A stretch of 64,000 nucleotides of DNA from an uncultured Solirubrobacterales bacterium. Its GTDB lineage: Bacteria > Actinomycetota > Thermoleophilia > Solirubrobacterales > 70-9. Shown here in pieces: positions 1 to 8,611 of this stretch; positions within the stretch are counted from its first letter, which is position 1, and each line of letters opens with the position of its first letter. Position numbers and translations under genes: made by a program. The notes under the pieces were generated by a model that was not told the origin of the DNA, made no database searches, and saw only the letters and a list, made by a program, of their open reading frames with translations. The DNA is taken from NCBI GenBank assembly GCA_963842795.1, contig CAWJHV010000040.1:375633-439632 (forward strand). Reading direction: 5' to 3'.

Positions 1-458
1 GCCGCCTTCAGCGACTCGAGACAGCGGAAGAAGTCGGCGCGCTCGCGGTCGAGCATGTTCACGAACAGGAGCCGCGCGAGGCCCTCCTCGTCGGCGCGAC
101 GCCAGAGCCGCTCGGTGTGGACCTCGACCCCCATGACCCCGTTCACGACGAAGACGGCCGCGTCGACGACCCGCAGCGCGGCGAGCGTGTCGGCGACGAA
201 GCTCGACTCGCCCGGCGTGTCGATCATGTTCACCTTGCGGCCGTCGTGCTCGAAAGAGGTCACGGCGGCCCCGATCGACATCTCGCGCTCCTGCTCGTCG
301 GGCTCGAAGTCGCACACGGTGGTCCCGTCCTCGACGCGGCCGAGCCGGTTGATGACCCCGGACTCGAAGAGGATCGCCTCGGCGAGGCTCGTCTTGCCGC
401 TGCCGCGGTGGCCGACCAGGGCTACGTTGCGGATGCGATCGGGGGGCTTGTGGGGCAC
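1..458 (-). CDS. Elongation factor G-family translational GTPase, N-terminal part (gene continues past the window edge)
   Basis: Reverse translation from GTG at 458 gives VPHKPPDRIRNVALVGHRGSGKTSLAEAILF...NMIDTPGESSF. It has the G1 (GHxxSGKT) and G3 (DTPG) motifs. It is absent from the ORF track because it is open at the window edge. Confidence 0.8.
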   Translation of the reverse strand, partial: MPHKPPDRIRNVALVGHRGSGKTSLAEAILFESGVINRLGRVEDGTTVCDFEPDEQEREMSIGAAVTSFEHDGRKVNMIDTPGESSFVADTLAALRVVDAAVFVVNGVMGVEVHTERLWRRADEEGLARLLFVNMLDRERADFFRCLESLKA

Positions 459-534
459 AGCGGCGAACCCTATCGAGCGCCGCAGGCTCGGGAATACCTC
501 GCGCCACGTCCTCCGCTCTCGCTCGAACACCTGG

Positions 535-561
535 CCCGCGGCTACGCCGCGGGCATTTTTT
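535..561. terminator. GC-rich hairpin (CCCGCGGC-tac-GCCGCGGG) followed by T6 on the plus strand
   Basis: 8-bp perfect stem at 535-542/546-553 and TTTTTT at 556-561. It lies 48 nt downstream of the minus-strand sigma-factor stop, but the T-tract is on the plus-strand side. Confidence 0.4.
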
Positions 562-608
562 CCTGCTTCCGCGTCCGGGCGTGCGCGGTGTCTCTCGAGG
601 ACGGCGTC

Positions 609-1382
609 CTAAGGCGTAAACCGAGAGCGCAGGCCGATCACGGCCTTGGTGTGAAGCTGCGAGACGCGCGACTCGGTCACCCCGAGGACTTCGCCGATCT
701 CCCGCAGGGTCAGGTTCTCGTAGTAGTAGAGGGCGATGACGAGCCGCTCGCGCTCGGGCAGGCCCTCGATCGCATCCGCGAGCCGGTCCTTGAGCTCCGA
801 CGCCTGCGCCTCGGACTCCGGGTCGACCGCGCCGGGATCCTGGATCGTGTCGAGGATCGAGATCTGGCTCCCGCCCTCCGGGTCGGCGAACGTCCACAGG
901 TCGTCGAGGGCGAGCACCGATGAGTTCGCGATCTGCAGCAGCACGTCCTGGAAGTCCTCGACCGAGATCTCGAGCGCGTCGGCCATCTCCTCGTCGGTCG
1001 GGGCGCGCTGAAGCTTGGCCTCGAGCTTCTGGTGGGCCTTCTCGACCTCGCGGGCACGGGCGCGGACCGAGCGCGGGACCCAGTCGAGCGAGCGCAGCTC
1101 GTCGATGATCGCGCCCTTGATGCGGGCGACGGCGAAGGTCTCGAACTTGATCTCGCGTTCGGTGTCGAAGCGCTCGATCGCGCCGATCAGGCCGAGCAGG
1201 CCGTAGGAGATCAGGTCGGACTCCTCGACGTGCGACGGCAGCCCCGATGCCATCCGGCCGGCGATGAACTTGACCAGGGGCGAGTACGCGACGACGAGGC
1301 GCTCTCGTGCCTTCTCGTCCCCCTCGGTCTTGTAGCGGCGCCAGAGCTCGCGGAGCTCGACTGCCTTGACGTTGGTCTCCAT
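609..1382 (-). CDS. FliA/WhiG-family (sigma-28 type) RNA polymerase sigma factor
   Basis: 257-aa ORF with region 2 (LVVAYSPLVKFIAGRM, YGLLGLIGAIERFD), region 3 and the region 4 HTH (LTLREIGEVLGVTESRVSQLH). Confidence 0.85.
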   Translation of the reverse strand: METNVKAVELRELWRRYKTEGDEKARERLVVAYSPLVKFIAGRMASGLPSHVEESDLISYGLLGLIGAIERFDTEREIKFETFAVARIKGAIIDELRSLDWVPRSVRARAREVEKAHQKLEAKLQRAPTDEEMADALEISVEDFQDVLLQIANSSVLALDDLWTFADPEGGSQISILDTIQDPGAVDPESEAQASELKDRLADAIEGLPERERLVIALYYYENLTLREIGEVLGVTESRVSQLHTKAVIGLRSRFTP

Positions 1383-1430
1383 TTGGCTGTTCGGAACTTT
1401 CGCCGGGTGGGGAAGGCTATCGGCGCGCCG

Positions 1431-2372
1431 CTAGGCGCGCGGGTGAGACTTTGCGTACTCCCGACGTAGACGCGAAGGCTCGACCCGCGTGTAGATCTGG
1501 GTCGTTGACACACTGGAGTGTCCCAGGAGCTCCTGAATCGAGCGCAGGTCGGCTCCGCCCTCGAGCAGATGCGTGGCGAATGAGTGGCGAAGCGTGTGCG
1601 GCGAGAGCCGCCCGGCGACCGCCGCCTCGCGCACCCACTTGTCCAGTCGGCGGCGCACGTCGGAGGCCGACAGGCGTCGTCCGCGCCGGGAGACGAACAG
1701 CGCGGGCTCGGTGCGAATCGGCCCCAGCGCGTGGCGCGCGGACTCCAGATAGCGCCGTAGCGCCCGCTGTGCCGGCTCGCCGATCGGCACCAGGCGCGTC
1801 TTGCGCCCCTTGCCTGTGGTGCGCACGGTCTCGGACTCGAACTCGACGTCGCCGAGGTCGAGGGAGACGATCTCGTCGGCGCGCAGCCCGGACGAGTAGG
1901 CGAGCTCGAACAGCGCCCGATCACGGACCTCGAGCGGGTTGGTCGCCGGGATCCGGTCGAGCAGCGCCGCGACCTCGTCGCGGCCGAGGACCCGCGGCAG
2001 GCGCGAGCCCCGCTTCTGCGCCGGCAGCAGGTCGGCCGGGTTACTGGTCGCCGTGCCGGTGGCGACCAGGTGTGCGTGCAGGCCTCGGACGGCGGCGAGC
2101 TTGCGGCTGATCGTCGACTTGGCCAACCGCCGCTCCGAAAGCACCGCCGCGTAGACGCGCAGGTCGCGGTAGGCGAGCGCGCCGGGCTCGGTGCCGCGCG
2201 CGGTCGCCCAGGCGCCGAGCTCGAGCAGGTCGCGGCCGTAGGCCCGCAGGGTCGCCCGCGATGCCCCCCGCGTGGTCAGCTCGCGCGCGTAGGAGGCCAG
2301 CGCCGCCTCCCACGCGGGGCTCGCCCGAAGCTCGGATGCCGCCGGCGCCGGCAGCGCGCTGCTCTCTCCCAT
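1431..2372 (-). CDS. xerC: Tyrosine recombinase XerC/XerD family
   Basis: 313 aa with C-terminal catalytic motifs (HTLRHSFATHLLEGGADLRSIQELLGHSSVSTTQIYT). It follows dprA in the context typical of chromosomal xerC. Confidence 0.85.
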   Translation of the reverse strand: MGESSALPAPAASELRASPAWEAALASYARELTTRGASRATLRAYGRDLLELGAWATARGTEPGALAYRDLRVYAAVLSERRLAKSTISRKLAAVRGLHAHLVATGTATSNPADLLPAQKRGSRLPRVLGRDEVAALLDRIPATNPLEVRDRALFELAYSSGLRADEIVSLDLGDVEFESETVRTTGKGRKTRLVPIGEPAQRALRRYLESARHALGPIRTEPALFVSRRGRRLSASDVRRRLDKWVREAAVAGRLSPHTLRHSFATHLLEGGADLRSIQELLGHSSVSTTQIYTRVEPSRLRREYAKSHPRA

Positions 2373-2555
2373 GGGCCTAGCTTCTCCCTCGCCCCCGCCA
2401 CGCCTGCCGGCGCAACGGATCGGCCCGAGCCTGGGAGGCGGCGAAAACCGAGCAGGTCGGGGGAAGCAGGGCGAGGGGCGAAGCGAGCGTACGTGCGAAA
2501 TCCGTGAGCGAGGTCCTCGCCCGATAACCCCGAGATGCGAAGGTTTGCAGCCGGC

Positions 2556-3593
2556 TCAGCCGATGTAGACGGGGGTGCCGACGGGGACCTGGTCATAGAG
2601 CTCGATGACGTCCGCAACCGCCATCCGCACGCAGCCGTGGGAGGCCGCGGTGCCGAGCGAGGCGACGTCGTCGGTGCCGTGGAAACCGGCGCCGTCGGTG
2701 ATCCCCATCCAGCGCGCCTTGAGCGGATTCTCCGCCGATCCGCCGGCGACCGTGCTGCCCCCGAGCTCCCCGGCCCAGGGTGAGTTCGGAACGCTCCAGA
2801 CCGGGTCGACCTGCTTGCTCTCGATCGAGTAGAGCCCCGTCGGCGTCGGGTAGGCCGGCTGGCCGACCGCGACGGTGTATTGCTTCGCGACCTTGAGGTC
2901 CTTCCACAGGGTCACGGTGAAGCTCCCCTGGTCGACGGTCAGGTAGGTGGGGTACTGCGCGGCCAGATCGGCCTTGGTCACGTCCGGGTGGGTGATGTCG
3001 ACCGGGACCGCGACCGTGCGGTGATCGGGGCGCTGGACCACCGACTCGACCCGCCTTCGCAACGCGGACTCGTCGACCGTGACCCCGTCGTGACCGGCGA
3101 CGCCCTCGAGCGACACCGTCGTCGGCTCGATCGTCGCGTTGACGGCGTCGCGGTTGACCGCGGAGCTGACCTTGGCGATGAAGTCGTCGATCGCCTGGTT
3201 CGAGTAGCTCACCTGGGGCGCGATCGCGACATCGACCTCGCCGCCGGTGGCGTAGCGCCAGACCCGGGTCGGCAAGCCGCCCTCCTGACTCGCCTCCAGC
3301 GCCCGATCGACCATCCCGTCGACGTCGGAGTCGATCTCGAGCTTCTCGGCGTTGAGCTGGTAGCGGACGCCCTCGTAGGTGACCGTGATCTTCTTGCGCA
3401 GCGGCCTCACCAGCTTCGCGGTCACGGCCTCGGTCGCCTCCTCGGCGTTCATCCCGCCGACGTCGATGCCGCCGATCGTCACCCCGTCGGCGATCTGGTC
3501 CGACCGCGAGGAGTCCCACGCGTAGGCTCCGACCGCGCCCATGAGAAGGATCGCGACCAGGAAGACGACGGCTATCTGAAGCTTCCGTGCCAA
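2556..3593 (-). CDS. L,D-transpeptidase (YkuD domain) with N-terminal membrane anchor
   Basis: C-terminal catalytic motif SHGCVRM, an N-terminal TM segment (IAVVFLVAILLMGAVGAYA), and a TTG start in the track. Confidence 0.85.
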   Translation of the reverse strand: MARKLQIAVVFLVAILLMGAVGAYAWDSSRSDQIADGVTIGGIDVGGMNAEEATEAVTAKLVRPLRKKITVTYEGVRYQLNAEKLEIDSDVDGMVDRALEASQEGGLPTRVWRYATGGEVDVAIAPQVSYSNQAIDDFIAKVSSAVNRDAVNATIEPTTVSLEGVAGHDGVTVDESALRRRVESVVQRPDHRTVAVPVDITHPDVTKADLAAQYPTYLTVDQGSFTVTLWKDLKVAKQYTVAVGQPAYPTPTGLYSIESKQVDPVWSVPNSPWAGELGGSTVAGGSAENPLKARWMGITDGAGFHGTDDVASLGTAASHGCVRMAVADVIELYDQVPVGTPVYIG

Positions 3594-3639
3594 GGCGAGT
3601 AGAAGTGTAGGGAGCGCGCCTGCGGTTTCCGCCGGATCC

Positions 3640-3671
3640 GGGCCGATGCAATCTGAGCTTCAGATCGGCCC
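3640..3671 (-). terminator. Interrupted hairpin downstream of the epimerase gene
   Basis: GGGCCG-atgca-ATCTGA-gct-TCAGAT-CGGCCC, 12 paired positions, starting 14 nt after the stop at 3685. No U-tract. Confidence 0.3.
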
Positions 3672-3684
3672 CTCGCCGGGGTGC

Positions 3685-4800
3685 TCAGATCCCCAAGGGC
3701 TCGCGGTCCGCGGCCACGCCCTCGCCCCCGCGCTCGCGGCGCACGTGCGGGCTCCAGCGCAGGAACTCCTCGACCTCACGCTCGTAGACGTAGCCCTCGT
3801 CGCCGGCGCGGCCGCGCAGGATCGGCTCGAGGCGCATGTGCTCGCCGAGCCGGATCACAGCCTCTCGCGAGGTGAAGCCGTAGTCGAATCCGGTCGCCTT
3901 GTAGAGCCGGTTGTCGACCCCGCGCCCGAACCGAAGCAGGTTCGCCATCTCGTCGGGGATCCGGAACCCGAGCCGGCGCAGCGGCCGGGCGAGTAGATGG
4001 GAGCCGAACGGCGGCAGGACGGGCAGCGCCCGGCGGCCGATGAGGGAGATCACCTCGGAGAGCGCGAGCACTCCGTCGGCGGCGACGTTGAAGGTCCCCG
4101 GCAACCGGTTGAGCGCCGCGTGCTCGAGCGCGTGGACGACGTCGTCCTCGTGCACGAACTGCAGCCGCGGGTCGAAGCCGAGCACCATCGGCACCATTGG
4201 CAGGCCGAGCATCCGGGTGAAGCCCGTGTCCACGTCCGGGCCGAGGACGTTCGCGCAGCGCAGCATGGTCACGGTCACCTCGGGGCGCTTGAGCGCGAAC
4301 TCGGCCACGGCCAGCTCGGCCTCGACGATGTCGCGCTCGAGCAGCGTCCCGGGAGCGTGCGGGCGGCGCATCGCCTCGGTGAAGAACGCCGGGTCGTCCT
4401 GCTCGCAGCCGTAGTAGTGCGAGGAGCTCTTGAAGATGAACTTGCGCACCGGCGAGTCCGAGCCGCTGCAGGCCGCGAGGATGTTCATCGTCCCGATGAC
4501 GTTGTTCTCGTGCGTCTCGCGCACCGGGGCGGCGAGCGAGTTGACGATCATCCGCGTGTCGATCACCGTGTCGATCTCGGCCGCCCGGACGATCCGCTGC
4601 AGCAGCGAGTGCTGGTTGGAGACCTTGACGAACTCGGTCCGCTCGAGCTCGAGCGTCGGCTCGCGCGAGTCGACCGCGACGATCGTCTCGATCTGCTCGA
4701 AGCCCTCGAGCGCCTGTGCCAGCCGCCCGCCCCAGTACGTCGCGAGCCCGGTTAGCAGGACGCGCCTGCTCTCCACGGGCCCGACCAGCTCCCGGCTCAT
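3685..4800 (-). CDS. NAD-dependent epimerase/dehydratase family protein
   Basis: Starts MSRELVGPVESRRVLLTGLATYWGGRLA (Rossmann GxxGxxG-like). Its ATG overlaps the upstream stop (ATGA at 4797-4800). The upstream part of the 912-aa track ORF is non-coding-like R/G/P sequence. Confidence 0.8.
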   Translation of the reverse strand: MSRELVGPVESRRVLLTGLATYWGGRLAQALEGFEQIETIVAVDSREPTLELERTEFVKVSNQHSLLQRIVRAAEIDTVIDTRMIVNSLAAPVRETHENNVIGTMNILAACSGSDSPVRKFIFKSSSHYYGCEQDDPAFFTEAMRRPHAPGTLLERDIVEAELAVAEFALKRPEVTVTMLRCANVLGPDVDTGFTRMLGLPMVPMVLGFDPRLQFVHEDDVVHALEHAALNRLPGTFNVAADGVLALSEVISLIGRRALPVLPPFGSHLLARPLRRLGFRIPDEMANLLRFGRGVDNRLYKATGFDYGFTSREAVIRLGEHMRLEPILRGRAGDEGYVYEREVEEFLRWSPHVRRERGGEGVAADREPLGI

Positions 4801-5732
4801 CCGAACCACACCGACTTGCGCTTCGCCAGCATCTGGTGCAGGTTCTCCTGGATCCGGGCGCGGATCTCCTGCGAGACGGTCTGCACCAGAGCCTTGTCGT
4901 GGACGGCCTCGGCGCCGCCGAGCTCGACCGTGTCGATCGGCTCGAGGAAGCGGATCTTGAACTTCGCCGGCAGGTAGCCGAGCATCCCCAGCGGCCCGAG
5001 CCAGGGAAAGGTCGGGGTGAGCGGGAAGTAGATCAGCCCGGTGAGCTTCTGCAGGGCGGGCACGTGGGCGAAGATCGGCGCCGCCTCCTCGGCCCCGACC
5101 ACACACAGGGGCACCAGCTTCGCCTCGGCCCGGATCGCCGCCTCGACGAACCCGCCGCGGCCGAACCGCCGCAGCCGGTAGCGGTCCTTGTAGAGCTTCT
5201 CGGTGCCCTTGCGGCCCTCGGGGAACACGAGCACCAGCTGGCGCTCGTCGTAGAGCAGCCGGTGGACGTTGGCCGGGTGGGCGGCGACCCCGCCGATCTT
5301 CGGGATCAGCATCGAGAACCCCGGATAGCCCTTGAAGAAATGCTCGACCGTGAGGTAGAGCGGGCGCGGGCTCGGGTGCTCCTCGCGGATCGCCTTGGCG
5401 ATCATCGCGGCGTCCGGGGGCAACGCCCCGGAGTGGTTGGAGACCAGGAGGGCGCCGCCTTCGGCCGGCACGTTCTCGATCCCCTCGACCTCCGCCCTGA
5501 ACCAGTAGCGGTAGAAGAACTCGATCAGGGTCCGGTCCATCGCCCCCTCGACCCGCTCGGACCTTCCCCAGTCGTTGAGCATGCGCTCGGGCTCGATCGC
5601 GGGCAGCAGGTCGCGCATCCCGTCGTCGCCACGGCGCTCCGGAAGCTGCGCCTCGGCCGTGCGCTCGCCCTCGGCGGCGAGCTCTTCCCGGGCGTGTGAG
5701 AGGGATGTCCGCTCTGAGGCCAAGTCGGTCAT
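4797..5732 (-). CDS. 1-acyl-sn-glycerol-3-phosphate acyltransferase (PlsC) family protein
   Basis: MTDLASER... start at 5732. Acyltransferase motifs NHSGALPPD (HxxxxD-like block) and VFPEGRKG. Confidence 0.8.
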   Translation of the reverse strand: MTDLASERTSLSHAREELAAEGERTAEAQLPERRGDDGMRDLLPAIEPERMLNDWGRSERVEGAMDRTLIEFFYRYWFRAEVEGIENVPAEGGALLVSNHSGALPPDAAMIAKAIREEHPSPRPLYLTVEHFFKGYPGFSMLIPKIGGVAAHPANVHRLLYDERQLVLVFPEGRKGTEKLYKDRYRLRRFGRGGFVEAAIRAEAKLVPLCVVGAEEAAPIFAHVPALQKLTGLIYFPLTPTFPWLGPLGMLGYLPAKFKIRFLEPIDTVELGGAEAVHDKALVQTVSQEIRARIQENLHQMLAKRKSVWFG

Positions 5733-5745
5733 AGTATCCGCGCCG

Positions 5746-6459
5746 ATGCGGTCCAAGGACCAGGCGAGGCGGGCGGTCTGGAAGGCGATGGACCGCGAGG
5801 GCGTCTCGCGCTTTCCGGGGGCCGAGGGGAGGATTCCCAACTTCGCCGGGGCCAAGCTCGCGGCCGCGAAGCTCGCCGGCCACCGGACCTGGAAGCGCGC
5901 CCGGGTGATCAAGGCGAATCCCGACTCGCCCCAGACGCACGCACGCCGCCGAGCGCTCGAGGACGGCAAGACGATCGTCGTCGCCGTCCCGCGGCTGCGC
6001 GACCAGCACCCGTTTCGCCTGCTCGATCCGCGCCGGCTCACGGCCGAGCAGGTGCGCGAGGCGGCGACGATCAAGGGGATGCTCCGCCACGGCTTGGTCG
6101 TGGCCGACGACGAGCTGCCCGACATCGACCTCGTGCTCTGCGGCTCGGTCGCGGTCAACCTCAAGGGAGCGCGGATCGGCAAGGGCGGCGGCTTCTCCGA
6201 CATCGAGTACGGGCTGCTGATCGAGGCGGGCAAGATCGACGACCACACCGTCGTCGCCACCACCTGCCACCCGATCCAGATCCTGCGCGAGAACCTGCCG
6301 GTGATCGCCCACGATCTGCCGATCGACCTGATCGCGACGCCGCGGGCGGTGATCGAGGTCGAGCGAGCCTACGAGCGCCCGCGCGGGATCCTCTGGGACC
6401 ATCTCCAGCCACCCCAGATTCACGAGATCCCCATCCTGGAGCGCATGGGCTACGCCTGA
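5746..6459 (+). CDS. 5-formyltetrahydrofolate cyclo-ligase family protein
   Basis: MRSKDQARRAVWKAM... with the characteristic GKGGGFSD(I/L)EY block. ATG at 5746 is in frame within the 5575..6459 track ORF. Confidence 0.75.
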   Translation: MRSKDQARRAVWKAMDREGVSRFPGAEGRIPNFAGAKLAAAKLAGHRTWKRARVIKANPDSPQTHARRRALEDGKTIVVAVPRLRDQHPFRLLDPRRLTAEQVREAATIKGMLRHGLVVADDELPDIDLVLCGSVAVNLKGARIGKGGGFSDIEYGLLIEAGKIDDHTVVATTCHPIQILRENLPVIAHDLPIDLIATPRAVIEVERAYERPRGILWDHLQPPQIHEIPILERMGYA

Positions 6460-6604
6460 GCGCTTCTAGAGCGGTTTTCGGCGTAAGGCAATTCCGGTGC
6501 TATTGGATCAACGCCCAGGGGCACCGGGACGGCTACGAAACCGCGCTCGACCGGCTAGCGCCCGATTGGTGCGAGCATCTCGCCCGCGCCTGGCCCGGCC
6601 CGTC

Positions 6605-7162
6605 TCAGTTGGTCGGCGTCGTCACGCAGACGGTCTCCTCGGGATTGCTGACAACGCTGGCGAAGATGCCTCCGTCTTCGTTGACCACCCAGATAACGGG
6701 CTCCGGTCCACCGAACGCGTCACGGGCATCGGTCCAAAGCTCCTCGAAGTTGTCGACGTCCGGAATGTCGAAGTTTGACCCGAGTGTGGTTGCCTCTCCG
6801 AGGCTCGGCAGCCGCAACCCGAGCTCGTTGCATCGCGCGACTGCCCCACTCCAATTTCGCTGGACATTGTCGTTTCGGACGCAGAGTTCGCCGAAGCGGG
6901 CGGTGCCGTGCGTACAGGTATCAACTCCGCTCTGATCAGCGATGTCGACCCCGGTCAGTCCGCCGCCGGGGAGCGTGTCGTCACGGACGTCGACCGAGCG
7001 GACCTGGTGGTTGCCGATGTCGACGGTCTTCACCTGGCCGTTGATGATGTCGTCGCTGCCGATCGTGTCCGCGGCGTATGCGGTGCCCCCAGCGATGACA
7101 AGGAAGAGGGCGAGTGCCCCCATCCATTGGTCGCGGACGTGGGCGAGAACCTTGCGGGCCAT
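6605..7162 (-). CDS. Hypothetical membrane-anchored/secreted protein, possibly with a C-type-lectin-like C-terminal half
   Basis: N-terminal hydrophobic segment (WMGALALFLVIAGGTAYA), short VxxVD(I/V) repeats and four Cys. The motif NWSGAVARCNELGLRLPSLGE resembles the CTLD WxxAxxxCxxxGxxLxSxxE block. Strong GGAGGAGG SD 7 nt upstream of the ATG. Confidence 0.6.
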   Translation of the reverse strand: MARKVLAHVRDQWMGALALFLVIAGGTAYAADTIGSDDIINGQVKTVDIGNHQVRSVDVRDDTLPGGGLTGVDIADQSGVDTCTHGTARFGELCVRNDNVQRNWSGAVARCNELGLRLPSLGEATTLGSNFDIPDVDNFEELWTDARDAFGGPEPVIWVVNEDGGIFASVVSNPEETVCVTTPTN

Positions 7163-7308
7163 CCTGGCCTCCTCCAGTTGGTGTCAGCCAACCCTCCCGC
7201 CTCCTCGTAGCCGCGTCAAGTGCGCGCCCCGCCAGATCCTGCGCCACTCTGCGCGCCACTCAGCCCTGTACTCCAGAGGGGCTTCTCGGCTCGCCACCCG
7301 GGTAGTAG

Positions 7309-7419
7309 ATGGTCATGACCGAGCAGCCCTACGTGCTCTACCGCGGGTCGGTCGTGATGAAGCCGCAGGTCATCCTGTGCGGCGACCCCGCCCGGCCCGA
7401 CGGTCTCCACGAGCGCTGA
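7309..7419 (+). CDS. Small ORF, 36 aa (MVMTEQPYVLYRGSVVMKPQVILCGDPARPDGLHER)
   Basis: Not in the track because it is under 60 aa. Third codon positions are almost all G/C. Its TGA directly abuts the ATG of the next ORF (TGAATG at 7417-7422). Confidence 0.35.
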   Translation: MVMTEQPYVLYRGSVVMKPQVILCGDPARPDGLHER

Positions 7420-7620
7420 ATGCTCGATGGACTGAAGAAGGTCCTCGAGGGACTTCGAGAGTCTCTCTCCGGCAAGGCAGAGGATGCCTACGCTGAGCGA
7501 GACGCAGCCCACAAGGAGATGGACGAGCGCGCCGCGGACTACGCCGCGGGTGAGAGTCACGCGTACGGCGTCGCCGAGGGCGAGATCCGCGACGCGCAGG
7601 AAGCAGCCGACGACGAGTAG
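7420..7620 (+). CDS. Small acidic hypothetical protein, 66 aa
   Basis: Track ORF MLDGLKKVLEGLRESLSGKAEDAYAERD... with helical, E/D/A-rich composition and coding-like GC3. Confidence 0.45.
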   Translation: MLDGLKKVLEGLRESLSGKAEDAYAERDAAHKEMDERAADYAAGESHAYGVAEGEIRDAQEAADDE

Positions 7621-7639
7621 CCGTTTGGGCGCCTGTAGG

Positions 7640-8611
7640 GTGCCCGCCGTGCCCGTTCAGGCGGATAGCCGGCGCCGGCAGCCCTTCAGGCCACGTCCGG
7701 GGCCGACCCCCGCAGACGGACCGGATCCCTACGGCGACCCGGACCCGGAGTGGCTGAAGGTCGACTGGCAGGACCACCTCAACGACGTCGAGGTCGGCGG
7801 ATCGCGCGTCCACTACGCCGAGATGGGACCGCCCGAGGCCGAGCAGCACCCGCTGGCGATCGTCTTCGTGCACGGGCTCGGCGGCTGTTGGCAGAACTGG
7901 CTCGAGAACATCCCCCACTTCGCGCAACGGCACCGAGTGCTGGCGCTCGACCTGCCGGGCTTCGGGTCCTCGCCCGTGCCCGACTGGGAGATCTCGATCT
8001 CGGCCTACGGCCGGCTGCTGCTCGACTTCTGCGACGTCGTCGGCGTCCGCGACTGCGTCGTGGTCGGCAACTCGATGGGGGGCTTCATCGCCACCGAGGC
8101 GACGATCGCCCAGCCCGACCGCTTCGAGAAGCTCGTCCTCGTCTCCGCCGCCGGGGTCTCGAGCGCGCGGCTCCGCCGGGAGCCCACCGCGGTGTTTGCT
8201 CGGGGCTTCGCCGTCGGCGCGCCGCTCATCTTCCAGGCGCAGACCCACTCGTTCGCCCGCCGTCGCGCTCGGCGGCTGGCATTCCGCATGATCTTCGACG
8301 ATCCGGGCGCGCTGCGACCGGAGCTGGTCTGGGAGTTCTGGGACGGCGGGAAGCGCGCGGAGTCATTCGTCGAGGCCCTCTCGAGCCTCGCCGGCTACGA
8401 CTTCCTCGACCGCCTCTCCGAGATCGAGGTGCCGACCCTGATCGTCTGGGGGGCGCAGGATCACGTCGTGCCGCCGGCCGACGCTCTGGGCTACGCGAAC
8501 CGGATCGCGGGCGCGCGGCTCGAGGTGTTCGAGCGCTGCGGCCACGTGCCCATGGCCGAGCGCCCTGTGCGGTTCAACCGAGTGCTCGAAGGTTTCCTCG
8601 ACGGGTCCTAA
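7640..8611 (+). CDS. Alpha/beta-fold hydrolase
   Basis: HGLGG oxyanion block, nucleophile elbow GNSMGG and C-terminal CGHVP. GTG at 7640 is chosen because the upstream part of the track ORF is non-coding-like. Confidence 0.8.
   Translation: MPAVPVQADSRRRQPFRPRPGPTPADGPDPYGDPDPEWLKVDWQDHLNDVEVGGSRVHYAEMGPPEAEQHPLAIVFVHGLGGCWQNWLENIPHFAQRHRVLALDLPGFGSSPVPDWEISISAYGRLLLDFCDVVGVRDCVVVGNSMGGFIATEATIAQPDRFEKLVLVSAAGVSSARLRREPTAVFARGFAVGAPLIFQAQTHSFARRRARRLAFRMIFDDPGALRPELVWEFWDGGKRAESFVEALSSLAGYDFLDRLSEIEVPTLIVWGAQDHVVPPADALGYANRIAGARLEVFERCGHVPMAERPVRFNRVLEGFLDGS

Noticed and set aside
1431-2372. Tyrosine recombinase as a marker of an integrated mobile element
   Set aside because: It sits in the conserved dprA-xerC housekeeping context. 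I saw no flanking direct repeats, tRNA target, phage or conjugation genes, or compositional shift. It is a chromosomal XerC-type dimer-resolution recombinase.
2441-2500. Possible additional degenerate copies of the intergenic repeat family (here GGGAGGCGGCGAAAACCGAGCAGG; also ~21850-21900 and ~34030-34078)
   Set aside because: They share only short GC-rich words (GAGGCGG, GCGAAGC, CGAGC) and lack the GCCGAGCCGCGCCGC core and the AGGCGCCT palindrome. By eye I cannot distinguish them from chance in GC-rich spacers, so a genome-wide model is needed.
3685-6423. 912-aa minus-strand ORF in the track
   Set aside because: Only its last 371 codons (from ATG 4800) look like a real protein, namely the epimerase. 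The upstream part is R/G/P/D-rich with poor GC3 and overlaps, in another frame, the clearly real acyltransferase (4797-5732) and the plus-strand cycloligase gene. It is a high-GC read-through artefact.
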